NCBI GenBank assembly: GCA_002633005.1
Contig: NMRA01000335.1
Location: 124,001-188,000 of the forward strand
Source: Phoronis australis
Taxonomy: Eukaryota; Animalia; Phoronida
Direction of reading: 5' to 3'
Length of the DNA stretch: 64,000 bases
Shown here in pieces: positions 13,601-28,600 of the stretch. Positions within the stretch are counted from its first letter, which is position 1. Every line of letters starts with the position of its first letter. Under the pieces are notes generated by a model, which was not told the origin of the DNA, ran no database searches, and saw only the letters and a program-made list of their open reading frames with translations. A program made the position numbers and the translations under genes.

Positions 13601-16600
13601 ACGGGCACCAGTCCACGTGATACTTCCGACACCAGACCTAAAATACAACCACACAAAGGCACCCACAAAGGTTCAACTGCTCAAAGACGCAAAAGCGAGG
13701 TTCGGATAAGTGAAGGAACGATTTCTTTGCATGAGTTCTCTCCTGGAGTCATATCGAACGACCAGGAGGGTCATGTCATCATGTTGAGTGTGGTCCAAAG
13801 TAAAATAATAATACGAAATGCCAGTTCTATAGAAATACAAAACTCACTCTTAATCTGAGAAATGAAGAAATAGGTCCCAATTTTATAAGGGGTGGCCAAC
13901 AAAATTTGTAGAGTAAACGGGTTTTATAGATGTCGAGCTTAAATAATTATCACAATGATTCCCTGTTTACTGTCCTGGGCTTATGAACCACCTTACTCAA
14001 CCTCAAACAAAACATCTAAGCCCTTCCACTATGGCCTTCCTCACCGACATACCGAAAGGGTCAGTCAGAAAATTGACATTCTAAAAAGAGTGTCTAAAAA
14101 CAATAAATTTGACAGGATTGGCACACTCTTACACTTTATCCCACAAGTGAATAGTTCGCGACATGACCACGGACAAATGTGTTTCTATCATATCATTCAA
14201 ACTTTTTCATGTGTTCGTATATACCTTTTTATTGAATTGCTTACGTGATAATCTATTTCATAAGGTTGCCTAGGGGGACACATTTTGAGAGCTATTTTTG
14301 GCAGGGTTGACTTTGAGAGCTATAAAATCGCAAGCTAGGTCGTGATTGTTCTGATTTTATTGCAAATCACCCATGCCTAACAGATCCAGTCACAGTTAGA
14401 AATCACGGCAGCGACCTCAGCAGCCGCTTCGTTGCTGGCCAACGTTTTCAGTGCTGATCGAAGTCGAGTTCAAAAAGCCATTGGATAATCTTCTAAGGGT
14501 ACAAAGAGATGAACACATTGTAGCTTACTTGTAATAAATGTTTGGGAGAGAGGTCGATGTTCATGGACACATGTATCAGTCCTCAATGGAGATTTTAAAA
14601 CTGTACGGTTTTATGGGTTAAACCATTAAGGCTACAAAATATTTGAAAAAAAATGATCCCCTTACTGACAAGGGGCATGACAGTTAGGTGCATGTAACTT
14701 CGCCAAAACAAACGCATGGTGTAATACCAACCTGGAACGTGGACACCATCACTTCGATAGCAGCCCCCGCCATCCGAAAGCGGGTCCCTGTCGCTACAGT
14801 TAGAAGTCGCCGTCACCAGTACACTTTTAAAACTGTCGTCATACACAGGAAATGTCTCACATGATCGCTTGCACAGCCAATGAAATTCAAGTAAGTCAAG
14901 CGAGGACTCGTAATCACGGTCAGCAAATTTCCTGGCATCTAGATACAACAAAGTGCCGAACTCCGCTCTCTGTTTGACACCTGCGCTGAGTTTACAGTCA
15001 AGCGGTGTTGGTTCAATGGACACTATTGTAGATTTCTGTGAAAACATGCCTTCCTGAGATGTCATGTTGACCCTCAACGTGAAGTTGTATACGCCGATTT
15101 CGAGTGCACGTGGTGGAAACACAATCACGGGCGAAGTTTTACTCGGTGTGTCATATTGGAATGTCGTCAAAATGTGGGAACCGTTTTTAGCTCTTACAAC
15201 TTTCTTGATATCCCAAGTAAGAACCGTTTCTATCGCCGAGCAGTTTACGGACACGAAGGCCTTAATGACAAGTTGATCACCCCGATAATGAATCTTGTAT
15301 CCTTCCGGTGTACAAAAGGGTTCGAAACAACTATTCATTTCCATATTAATATCTGGCCACTGGCACGTTTCTCGGACAACGCCCACTCGCCATTCGTACG
15401 ACTGCGATGACACTTTGTTGGATACCGTCAGTTGGACATAAAATATCCCTACTGATGCGAACGAGTGGTATACAGTGAAATTGGGATTCATGCCCAGCGT
15501 CTTTAACGACGTTAAGAATTCTGTGTTAATTGTGCCATTGTAACGCCTATCGGGTGACTGAAATTCAGTTGGGTAGGTGGCGCTGCATTCGTCAAAGTCT
15601 CCAGCAAACATAAACTGGCTAAATTCTTTAGAGTGGTCTTTAAAGTCGATGAAGTAACACGCGTTTGATCCAATCGAACCGGGGTTAACGTTGAATTCAA
15701 GCCGTGTGTTGCGCAACACCGGACTTGCACAGGATATTGATATCTTACTAACACTGCGCTGTAAAATTATCGTTCGTTCCACTTCAACAGCTGTATTAGG
15801 AAATGGGTTACTTACAGACACCCTGACATTCAGGCGTCCCGGGTTTGAATACGTGTGAGTTGTATTTAAAACTGTAGTTGTGTCATTCAGACCGTCTCCA
15901 AATTTCCACAAGACCATTGGATCACTCCCTTTCGAATATGTAATGGAAAAACGCATTGGCGATTCTAAAGGAAAGATGTTGGAATCCACACCGACTCCCA
16001 TCAAACCGCCATTTTTAACATTTTCAGCCGAAAGAACGACATCTTCAAATTGCTTGTAAATTACAAGTACGGTATATATCGTTATTGAGTTGATGCAATT
16101 AGACACAGTTAAAGAGATATTATATTCACCAGGCACTGAGTAATAATGGTTAAAAAGCAACAAACCCGTAAATTGAGGATTAACAGATGCACTGGGTTTT
16201 ACTGGTGCGAATGGAGTCACGTGACCATCGTCAAAATCAGCTGACCAGGACGCGTTTGTTGGAAACTCAAACGAAGACCAGAAGTACGAAAACAGGAACA
16301 TGTGAGCAACCCAACCATTGCTCGCCAGCAAAATCGCATGCCAACCACCGCCAGGTTTGCGACCATGAAACGGCGCTGGGCGGGCGAACATTATTTTCAA
16401 CGGGGGGACAGGGTGCTGTACGATCACAGGTTCTGGTAAAACAGTTCCTATAGTTTGTATACTATTAGTGGCGTTCACTTTCACGTGGTAGACACCGACA
16501 AGGTTGCATACATGTGACAAAGTGTACGTTGAGTTTCCCTTCAACTCATGTTTATTATCCGGCGTACCATCGTACCAGAAATATGTCAAACTTACTCGAG

Positions 16601-19600
16601 ATCCGGTTGCCATTCTCGCGGTGACAGAAAATGAACTGCCAACAGCGCAGCACTGCTTGTCACTTACAGTTTCCAATGACGTCACGGGAACATCAACTAC
16701 GACTGTTCCTACGAGAGTCTGACTACTGACCAAATTCCAAACTTCACACACAACGGTAAAGTCACCCACGGTGTTGAACCGCCATTCGGTTATCTGGCGT
16801 CCGCCAGAAAGATCGAGAACGCTTGTAACATTTCCATTCGCCGTCTTGAAAATATAAGACGCATTACTTGGGTGTGGCCCGAGACCAAGACTGATTGTGA
16901 ACGTGGCAAGTCCAGTGTTATTCCATAACTTAATTGGAGACGAGACAGTTAGGCTTACATTGACAGCTTGCTGAACGGTTACGGTTTTTTTAACTTCGAT
17001 GTAACTCACACCATTTGCACAATACAAAGACGCAGCGAAGACACCCGGGTAAGCATAAGAAAGTTGAAGACGGTCGAGATAACTGGGTGCTTGGTGAATG
17101 TAAAAGGTCATTTTATGCAAATCACCATTGGAGAAGGTGCAGTTCGCGCGACTCAGGTTTGATAGGCTTATCTGAAACAAACTTGACTGGCTGACGTTTA
17201 CCGAGGATGGAATTATCGTTAAGTCGACATTCTCGGAGGTTAGATTATACTCCACAAAAATTACCAGAGAATCGTTAACCTCAGACACATTGTTTTTTGC
17301 AAATATTCTGAGAATATGTTCTCCGTCGCCAAACAAATGGCGCGAAGAATTAATTCGAAGAAACCCCGTTCGTTGATACTCGTCAAAATCAGTATCGATG
17401 ATAGGCACATTCTCTATGCTTGATGTAACTGCCACGTCACTTCCGTTAGCCAATGTATATTGAATAAACGAAACCGGAACATTATAAGATAAAGTCAAGG
17501 GGCCTATTATTTCCAATTCTTTAATGGGATCTTGAACTGGAATCAATTGCTGTGTTGTTTGATTACTGACGTGGTTTGAAGCAGTGACTGTGAGTGTCCA
17601 TAAGCCATGATTTTTGAACTGGTACCAGAGCTGAGCAGCCAAATCTGCAAGATGTTGAAGTAATTAAAGACACACACCTCATTTCAGGACAGCACACTTA
17701 CTTAGGTTTACATGTAACTACACTGTACATGGCCATTAGCAACTTGTTGTTGTTGTTCCAAGTACACAAATGTTGTTGAACAGACAGCAATGTTCACTAT
17801 TAGTACTTTCAACAATATTTGCCACAATCCACGTTCTCGGCGTTTATCGCTGAAACGTGATCGCTCTTGTGTGTTCAACAAAGTTTGTCTATAGCAGGGG
17901 CTGCTGCCAAATTGTTCTAAATTTCTGATTTTTCCCAAACTGGCAAATAACTTTGAACTATGAATACCAAAGTAAATTTATGGGAACTAATGGGGATAAT
18001 AATGGTATTCCGTGAATCTAGAAGGTTCTGTTTGGGGAAACATAATGAGAAGCGGCCTTCTAACAAAAGCTCCGCTTCCCATCAAATGTCTAATGCAAAA
18101 TAGGTCCAAATAAAGACCATGTCGATACTCCAAATAAGCTTGACAAGCTTCCACAGAGCACTGTCAAACCTGGACGAATTTATCGCTAGAGAATTTGTTT
18201 CATAATAACATTTTTAGACCTTGAGTTAGCCAGTAAAAGGTGACGTCATTGTAAGAATTGAATGTGAGGTTTAATCGATAACAAAGGAATCTTTATTCGA
18301 GGTTTCGTGAGTCGAAATTGTTGAATTTCTACATAGTAAAGAATATTATGGAAATTAAAAAACTTCCTAAGGCCACGTCAAACTGGTTTTCTACGTGAAA
18401 TAGCATCTCAAATATCGAGTACTGTAGCTTCGTAGAGCACGAGAACTGTTGTAGCCATAATTTGTCGAGACGGCACCTTTCTCAGCCTGTAATTTTGTTT
18501 TCATTTTGACTAATCTTATACTTCTTCCGAACACAGTCTGCGAGCGTATAAATAGGTGCAAAAGAATCGCTTAAAAACTTCAACCTCTTATATCCTCGGC
18601 GTCTACTAGTAAGGGTTCCAGCAGTCCTGTCTAATCAAAGCACCCAGGAGAATCTGTCGATAACATTGTACCATATGCCTAAATCCTTCCTTAAATACCA
18701 ACTTCCAGTAATCTGCAAAGTTCTGGTGAAAAAGACGCAAGGCCTTCATTCCAGAGGGACAAGGGTCGCAGAAATGACGATCAGTAAGATGTGCCAAATT
18801 GCTGACGACGGAGAGGGCTGAGAACTTGCGAAACCTATTAAGGACTTGGGCTAATGGGACGACGTTGGATAGAGTTCAAATTTAAAGATATAGATTTTGT
18901 ACATATTTTTTGTCACATGAACATTAAGGCACCATGAAGTGGTAATGATGACGTGGTACAATGTTCAAGTTACAGTGAGTGTTTATTTACCTACCCTGTA
19001 TCCAACGCATCCTGTAGTCATGACCGCTTTCGTCTGTCTGGTTAAACTCAATCACAAAGCTGCTTCCATCACCAGTGAGAAAAGTAAAGTTTACCTTGGT
19101 GCCTAGATAAGATAAATGACCACATGCACATAAACACATAGGGCTTGAAATCCAATAAAGTGTAAATTTGGAACCATTATGGTTGTACCTGCAACACTTA
19201 TTATGTTCAACTAGTTCATTCTGTTCTTGTGCCAAATCGAAATCGCAAATCACCTGCAGCTCGAACAATACGCATGCGTACTCTAACAAGTTTTCTACGA
19301 ACACATACCTTGAGTGATTGTTGAGTTTATTCTGCACAAGTCTCCTGTGGCCACAACTGGCTCTCCCAACTCGATATCAAGTCCTTGAATAGGATCTTCC
19401 ACTTCAACTCGTCTCTGGAAAAGAAACACATTCTTCTGCTTGTACACTTGCTCCCAGTTGCTGCTCACCAAGCTGATATTGAGAAGCTGGACAACTTCAA
19501 CATAACACATCACCGCACCAACACATACTAGAACCAAATATTCGTTTTGATTTTGTTCATTTTGCCCATCAGTCATTCGCAACCCCAATCTACCGAATGG

Positions 19601-22600
19601 AATCTGAGAGAATTTTAGGGGGGGCATGGCCCCCTTCCCGCCCCCTCCAAATCCGCCACTGAGCATATACACCAATAGCTGTGTGACATTACATTTTTAT
19701 ATCGAAGACAATACTACAAATATAGACGCTTTGGTAAGCTATTTCATATAGCAAAATATGAAACCAAATCTACGCGATTTGAAGACGTTCGACAATTTTG
19801 TTAAGTGTGCACTAGTGATCTGGTGTTAGGAATGAGAAACTAACTCTGGTTGTCCTTGAAGGACACATTTAGAAAAAAGGTAGTCTATTTGTTACTTTGA
19901 ACAGCGCTACACGAGGGACGCTACAAAAACGAAAAAGCCATGGGCGATATAATGTGCCAAATGTCACTTACCTCTACTGTTTCATAGTTGGCTCTTCCCG
20001 AAGCTTGAACCTTTAAAGTGAAGAGTCCATTGCGGGGAAACACCACGGTAAAATTAGTATCCCTTGTAGTGAATGTCCCAAAAGCGTCACTGTAGACAGT
20101 GTAGTTACACGTAGACTGACCAGGATGTTCTGGCATTATCACAAGAAACGTTCTGTTGGTAGTAGCTGGCATGCAGAAAGAGAACAATCGATACAATGTC
20201 AGAAATTCCATGAGGCCTTCAGATTGTTAAAATACTAAAACAATACACTGTATATAGTACTTCATCAACAAATATTTAGAACCAAGAGAACTGCAACCCG
20301 GCCATTAGGCATATATTACTCTAACAGGATTTGCACCCAAGTGGACGAGAAAGTGCCCAGTGTTTTCCCCAGAGTATCCAGAGAAGTCCGCGGCACACCA
20401 AAAGCTTTATGGCGCCGTCAGGGATTAAAGTGAACTAGTCGCTCTTCATGGGTTGGTTGAATGTGCTGGATGAGATAATTGCGGTTGTAAACCAACACGC
20501 CTACTTAGCGTACGAGTTTCAAAGTAAAAAAACGAACAAAAAGTTGAGACAAACGACCAACATGACTGGTTTAAAAATTGAAAAGTAAGTAGTAGCCACC
20601 TCTGCATTTTAATCGATGGATTATAAGAGAAATTATCGAATACATTTACTCGAGTATCTCGGCTAAGCCAGGAGCATTAATTTGTGAGTCAAATAGAGGA
20701 CAGGTTAGTCACAGTCTGGCTCAGGCTCGCATAGGTGTTGGAGTAACAAAACCCAAATGTTAGCACGATTTGTCTCATGACGTTAAAATGTGCCCACGAC
20801 TACACACCAAACAGTATGCTTCGGGGGGTCCTATTGTCCCAAAAATGATTACTACTAGTGGTGGTGCGAAATATGTGTAACCCGTCCACGAATGAGAAGG
20901 CGTCGTTGTCTCCTTAAAGGCACTATTTCCGCTTCATTTTTGTTAAAAACTTCATGAAACGGATCTTTACGCAAACACTTTTATTCGAAACCTAAGCCCA
21001 AATAATAGCCTTTGCCATGGCATCGAATTTTTTTATAGTGAACTGAATTTAATACAGATTTTTTTAGCTTAATTTTTTCATTTTGTGTGGTGCACCAAGA
21101 AATAAATGGATGCCGGACGAAGTGTCAATCGAAGATTCGAGTGTCGAATATGAACTTGGAGTTTCGGTTAATCTCAAGATCGTGTACAGGCCTACGTGAA
21201 CTCGAAATACCCACTCAAATAATCACGTTCATGCTAATATAATTAGTTAACGGGTGAAATAAGTGCTTCTGGAACAAATAATTACAGAAATTTGCTACAT
21301 TGAACAAAATATTCACCAGATTTCTTTAATGTGTGTTTAATTAAGAGCTCACGCTTACGCGATCTTCAGATTAAGCAAAATTCAAGTTCACGCATACCAA
21401 ACAAGTAATGGCAGGCGTTCGGTATAAGATAGGTTGTCCTCCGTTGAAAAGGCTTGCTAATCGTCCTCAAGTTGACTATTACCGCCGTAAAGTTTGAAAT
21501 GAAGATCAGTTTGGGTGCTGGACTTATCTGCGATCCCAGATGGCTGTTACACGGTCTCAGTAAGGAAAGATTTTGCTCGACAGGTAAGTCGTCAACGAAT
21601 GACCGAGGCGCACTTTCAATGCTAACCATAAAGTTTTCTGAATGTTATGGTAGATTTATTTTACTGCCTACCAGTACACCGACATTACAATATTCCTGTA
21701 GTAAAATTCTTGGTGTCTTTGACTGAGTATTTTTTGCGTTATTTTACTGTTTTAGTTGTTTAGGCCACGGGCTCGGTTTCGTCCACTTGTGTAGTGGATT
21801 AATTTGAGCAAACAAAGAAGCCATATTTACAAGTGTTTCTCATGTAAAAGTAAGGGGACTCAAGGTAAGGGCTGTTGAAACCAATTAAGATTTGTTGTGT
21901 CATTGTGTGATCTAAGGCATAGTGACAGCAATCCTTGAGTAATAATCATTTAATAATCTTCTCTTTTCCGAATTCATGTCATCTTGCAGTGTGTATAGAG
22001 ACTGACAGTCTATACAGCCTGTTAGTGCTAGTCTTGATACTCTAGCAGCCCTACACAACTAACTGGTCTTGTGGCTGTTTATGTTGACTGGCAGTCTATA
22101 CATGTAACCAGTTAGTCCTACTTTTGATACTCTCTGCAAGGCTAACTGTGTAGTATTGTGGTTGTATACAGGACATGCTGGTAGTCAATACACCCTGCTA
22201 GTGGTAGTCTGGATATTCCCAAATTGGTGGTTTGTATTAATGTTATTTGTTGTTCTTCAGGGCGTTGCACCAGTCATGACAGACAAGCATGAGTGGACTG
22301 CTCCACTGACAACTGCCAGCACTTTCAACTTGTATAGCAGGGAGTTACTAGAAGGTGCTGATGAAGACAAATGAATTGAGAAGGGGTCATCTGACTATGA
22401 TGCATTCAAAAGAACCCAACATTAGTGAAGATGCTTCGCCATCAACAGCAGGTACCTATTCTAGCTTTGGATAATGGCACATTATAGCATTCTGTAATGT
22501 TAACAGCTACAGAAAGTGTATTGTTTTTACCAAGGTATCAGCAGCCAATTGCCATCTCACGTTAACATGGATTTGATTTTATGTTGTAGAACAAGAGATG

Positions 22601-25600
22601 TGTTGGGAATTTTCAACCTGCTGATTCTTATGTACTCTGGCAAGCGTTTTGCTATTCTCAAGGCCTTGTGTACCGGCTTACCAGAATTCTGCTAGCTATC
22701 AAGGAACACAGCAGGCCAGTCCTGGAAGATGAAGCTGGCAATGCAAGGTAATTAATATAACTGCGCCAAACATGCATTTTGGCTACTGGTGTGGCCACGA
22801 CTCAGTTTTCAACAGGGGTTTAAAACTAAATTGTAAGTGGCCATTAGCGGGGTAGTGCTAAAATGAGTGATAATTTAGGACTCTGCTAGAAACAAAGGGG
22901 CAAACACAAATTGAGATGAGAAGACGTGGGAAGGCCTTTTCTGCAATGAACAAGCCATGCCACGTCATGTTATGTCCCCAAGGCTACATCAGTGCAGCTT
23001 ATGACAAAAAGACCACCTGCAATGCTTACAAGAAAGTTGAATTTGATTGTTCCTTGAATGGGAGATGATTTAAATAACCAAAAATTGTGACATATGAATT
23101 AAAAATGTCCGAGTGTGCTCCACATGTCTTGTGTGGGTGTGCATTGTGTGTTTATTTTCATCCATGCAATGTTTCCTTGTCCATACCTATGTCGCATGAT
23201 ATCTCAAGAACAGTGCTGTAGTGGGGCGTAGGCGCACGTAGGCGCAGCCAACCACCTTTTGGCATTTGAAGGTAGCGCTTACGCACCGTACAGTGCTCAA
23301 GGTGATACGGTGGGCTTTTGGCACCTACTTACCACAAATTTTACCACTTCAGCACTGCTCAAGAAGGAAGTTTTGTTTGTATTTTGTGCTGAAGTTTAGA
23401 TGACAGCCTTGACTTTGAATTCACGGTCACATTTAGAAAATCAAGATTTTACTTGGAAAACATTTGCCCATGCAATTTTGTGTATTTACACAAAGGTGTA
23501 GGTGGCCTATCTCCAGGTGTTAGTCACATTTTGAAGGTCACAATATGCAATTACATAGCCCTGAATGCCGCATCTAACCCAGCAACCAACCAAGGGGTTA
23601 CGTGTTGCCTAAGGTCACTGTAGCGTTTTCATTTCATTGACCTAATAGACATGAAAATACATCAGTTATTTTTGTGTTCACAAAGGTTGAGAGAGGCTTT
23701 CATTAAGATTGGTTTCAAAATCATTACCATTTAAAATTATGAAAGCCTTAAGTTTAAAACTATCACATCCTGATAGGCATAGCAGTGACACAGCTTTGAA
23801 AATTGGGTGGCCTTCGGTCCTGGGCGGCAGCCCCAGGTGCAGGCCTTCATCTAGGTGGCATCTAGGGTGTCCAACTACACAACCCGACGTAAATTTAGAC
23901 ACATTAGGTAGGTTGCCCTATTTAGCTTTTGGACGCCCAAGTAAAGTGTACCATTTTTTAGCTAACAACAGCCCTGGAAGCTAACTGTCCTGGCCGAATA
24001 AGAAAGTTAAGACATGGTGTAAGATGGGATAGACTTTATTACAGACCACAGTAACATTCCACACCATAACAGCGATTTGACTTAAGGTCATAGAAATAGT
24101 CAAGAGTCATTGGTCATAGATGCCTTCATTAATTAGAAAACTAACTCATGTTGAACGCCCTATTCTTTAAATCGTTTATGAACCACCTGCTAAATGCTAA
24201 TATGTGGTGGGGAACAATTCAGCCACCCTGTGACAAATGCTGTTATTTGTATTGTTTTCTCTTCTTGAAAGGTGTGAAACTCTAATCACTTAATTAACTA
24301 CATGTAGTATATTTTTATATTTTGAATAACGAAAACATGTTATCCAGTGTTTGAAACAACTTCGAAAAAGTTTCTATAACACTGAAAGAGGTGCATAATG
24401 TACTAATTGTTTGAAGAGTTTCATATGTTTCACACTCTTCATGTTTCAGGGTAAATCAATGCTGCTGCATTCATTTTCGTGTCTGGCACTGACATTGAAA
24501 CAATTGTTATTATTTCTAGGGGAGCAACTTATCTTCAACAAGAAGAGCAGGAGATGGTTGTCCATTCTGGTGAAGGCTTCTAAGAGCTATGACGAGCTGA
24601 TGATTGTGAAAACCCGGTTAAAAGACATGTCTGACATGCACTGCTTCCATGAACATAAAAGCAAAATGACTCCCGCTTGTTGTCTGACAACATTGCCGTC
24701 TTCGAATGATTGCCATCAGTAGAAGTCAATGCGTCAGAGAAGCTGCCTGACAGAGGTTATTTAAGATGATATGGCAACTGGGTGTTATTCAGTTAGTTTG
24801 TTGCAGAGGATCATCTGGTACTACAGTTTGGTTTATAGTCATGATACATCCAGTTATGCAGAAGTTAACATGTTCAGTCAGGCCATCGACCTTCAAACTC
24901 TGCCATGGGCAGTTTGTGTAGTGTCAATTTGGAAACTGTCAAGGCTTGTAATTTTCCTCTTTTAAGAGGATTTACTCTCTTTTGGTTTCGATTTCCTCTT
25001 ATTATATTTCCAATTTCCTCTTTATGTCTCTTTTTTGATCATTATTTTGACTTCTATACCAAAAATCTCTATCAAAGACCCTAGTATTAATTTGTGGAAT
25101 GATACATCACCTGTCATTGATCAGTCCAAGCCCTGAACCTTAACTTTGTGCAAACAATTTCTTTATGGAGCGTTTGGTTTACAGAAACACTTTCTACATG
25201 GTGAGTAAGATACAACTGGTAATACCAGTTTAACTTGTATTACCATTGGATAGTTTTCTTGATTCTTAATTATTTTCTCAGCCAAATGTGTAGTCAGTGG
25301 TTTGTCTTCAGGTGGGTCATAGAGAGGCGGATATTTGTATACAAGGGTCACCATAAAGCTTCTGTGTTACGTAAAATTATGTTTTTAGTGATGTTTTACT
25401 GCTTAGGCAATTCACATTCATATTAAAACCTGCATTTAGAAATCTTGAATTTGAGAGTGATGGTGTTGAACATTACAATATATATTTTGAATGGCTATGC
25501 TGTTGGGTTAGAGGTTGTGCTTGTAAGTAAGGTGTGTTACATGAGTAGCAGATTACTCGCGATTGGTCATTGCAAAAGCTATAGAACTTTTAATCAGAAA

Positions 25601-28600
25601 ATGTTGCAACTTCTGATTATGAGCCATGGCCAAACAACCAGGAGACTATGTCTATTGAAAGGACATCTTGTTTTGTTAATTTTGTCCAATCATCTTTCTG
25701 TCACCTGCTAATGCATCATTGGCGTTAATCAGGAAAGACAAAAGCAGGAATCAACTAAAAACTCATACCCCTATCTCACAAATTAGACATTGTGCTCCTT
25801 GGTCGGTGGCCTTTCCCACAGTTGCATGCAATTTGCTAAAAGCGTACGTCATGCTTTTACTGTTTAGCAGACGTTGAAATTTTTTTTGAAAATTTCCTCC
25901 AAGTTTTGAGGGTTTTCGATGGTTACAGAGCATTAATTTGTTGCAGAGAACTAGGTGGGAAGTCGATTTTAGTATTTTACTTTATTTTGAAAAGTTAATC
26001 CATTACTGGTTTTTCGAAATTGGGGCCGTTGCCCTACATGACCGTAACTAATTTAAGAATGCTCTAGGTTCTTGTTGCAAGTTAAAATCCAAATGGACTT
26101 TCTATACTAGACTAAGAAATAAAAAGTTCACTCTGACAGTTGTGCTTTCATCTCACAAAGTAACAATTGTGCACAAGCAGGTTTCAGTGCTCAGCTACAA
26201 TTTTTGTGTAGCCTGTATGTCCCAATAAAGTCTGTGAATATTTTTGTCCAAACACAACTGTGCAACTCTGTCCACATGTCTTCCAAGATGTCCATGTTGC
26301 CCCAAGATAAAGTTTCTGTATGCCTGATGTCAGTTAGACGCATTCTGATCAGTCTCTGGCTTCAGTGTCATCACATTTCGTTGCAGCTTGTCGAAGGCAA
26401 GTACACCTTCTCCAGGCAAAACACTTGGAAATCCTGAAAGCATTGGTAAAATATATTACCGTGCGGTTTCGCATTACTGTAGATTTGATAAGGAACATTT
26501 GTCTCTTGTAAATGAATTATATACAACAGCAACTGGTTGATTGGGGTTGACATCCTATATTGGACAATCGAAACGTATAGAATTATTTTCATTATTGCAG
26601 ACTGAACTCACCAATACTTTTGTAAATTGACATTTGGTTGGTTTTGGATGGGATTTGCTACTGAGATTTGATTTGAGTTCTTGGCCAAAGATTTGTTTTT
26701 CTTCAAAAAGTGATTTGAATTGTGTGGCTGTATATTTGTTTAAATTAGTTGAAGACTCAAAACTAAAGTAGCTATAGGAGTCTTTCGAGGTCCTGGTGAC
26801 ATTAATATGAATCACCTTAAAAATGAAAAAGAGCAGACCAAAAAAGTACTAAACAATTTTGTAAAATGTTTCCCACTGATATATGTAGTCTGTAGTCAAC
26901 ACTAAAAACTTTGTAGTGATTAAGTTTTTAGACAACGGTTTAGTGAATACTTACAGGTAATAATGAAATGCAGTTAGCAGATTGCATCCCACAGCACACT
27001 TTTATTTCTGGTTGGCATTTCTTGACACCTGTGACACGGGCACCATCATGATGGATCTTCTGATGGTGCTGGGTAATGATCCAGTGAAGTGACCTCTGGT
27101 AGCCTAAATTCTAGACGCGGGGGTCTTGCTTGGCGACATCCCACTTTAGGTCTCTCAATTCCTTCTTTTATCCATGTGACTGATTCGGCCCTAAAGTGAG
27201 AGTAATTCAGTGACAACATTCACAGTAATGAGAACAATTTTTATAACTTTTGTTTGAATTGTAGGATTTATTTGCTAACAAGTACAAAGACAACCACTGT
27301 ATGACTTTCAGATTGGAAATCATCTACTGGTTTAGGATTGGGTTTTGGATTAATTCATAGGTGGATTTAGGGGGGGACAGGGGGCTTGGCCGCCCCCCCC
27401 CCCCCTGGCTGCCGCAAAAGAAGCAAAACGGCAAGAGCGCGAGGAAATATTGACTCCACTAATTAATCTCGGTACTTAACATGTGGCTGCGGGGGGAGGG
27501 GCTCAGACCCGATCGTATCAGGGGACCTGCGTAAATGCCTTCTCATTTTTTGTTTTTTTAGTCCACTGTTAGCTTTGTAGTGCGAGGACCAGAAATTCGA
27601 GCAACCCAATTTTTCGGGCTGGGTCCTCGCATTCAATCGTAAACCACACTTGCCCAAGACAAAATGTTGCCCCCCCCCTTATGGTATCCTCGATCCGCCA
27701 ATATAATTTAGAGATGCAGCCAAGGAATCGTTTCTACCCCATGCACTAGGTCCAGAGCTCTATAATTGCAAACCCATGCAGTCCCAGGGCCTGGAAATTG
27801 AACATCACAGTGTCACGCAGGAAACTTATTTTTCGTAAGCAACTGATATCGTGCACTTCCGAGTTGTACATAATCTCCCAGAAGAGGAAACGTTTACAAC
27901 CAAGCTCGACGAATTCATGAATCACTAAGACTCGATTGCAGGTTTAAAATTGAACACAACTCACGAGGCTGTAGCAAGTTGTATATTATTATGTAATATA
28001 GACAAGTACACGGATACGTCGACTTCGAATGACTCGGGATAGCGACAGAAATAGTTGAGAGAACCGAGGTTCAGAACAAATTAATCTTGTTGTTTACGAG
28101 TAAGAATCAAGCTGTGATTTCCAAATGTTTGTACATTCTGATTTCTTGTTTAGCTGGCAAGAAGTCCCAAAACACCTAACTCACCTCGACCGCTTGTGCT
28201 TGACATGTTTCTCTTCCGTCAGCTGATTCGTGTGCATTATGGGTAATCTCTCCACTGGCAACCCCGCATAAATAATGAGGTTTGGCTGAAGGTCCGCCCA
28301 CTTTTTATAAATTTAAAAAATTAATAGTAAAATAACGAGAGTATGTACATGGCTGTAATTTACGAAAAGAGTTAATTTTAGTGATATCTTTCGATTGGCA
28401 AAGCTCAATTTGTGATCTAAGCAGGCGAAAGTAAAGGAAATAGTGACTTTAATTAAAGCCATTTTGTCAAATACAATGCGACTCCGTCGAAAAGCTCCAA
28501 AGAATGAGGGACGACCATAAAAACAATTTCGTTGGAGACACAGCAGTTCTCGGACCTGTCCAAAAGAACTTACAGTCTATTGACACGTTTATAGAAATGG

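Larger units (their letters stand above)
20918..28448 (+). mobile_element. Kolobok DNA transposon, 7.5 kb, decayed
   Basis: TTAA|AGGCACTATTTCC ... GGAAATAGTGACT|TTAA; convergent transposase (+) and KolX (-) remnants. Confidence 0.85.

Noticed and set aside
15064-17162. Short plus-strand ORFs inside the large exon
   Set aside because: Antisense shadows of the PKD exon
14595-17642. Stand-alone 1015-aa bacterial-type PKD surface protein
   Set aside because: The ORF is bounded by splice sites and joins in phase with flanking exons
18370-18830. Coding-like minus-strand tract
   Set aside because: Multiple stops, no recognisable motif, and flanking exons join without it
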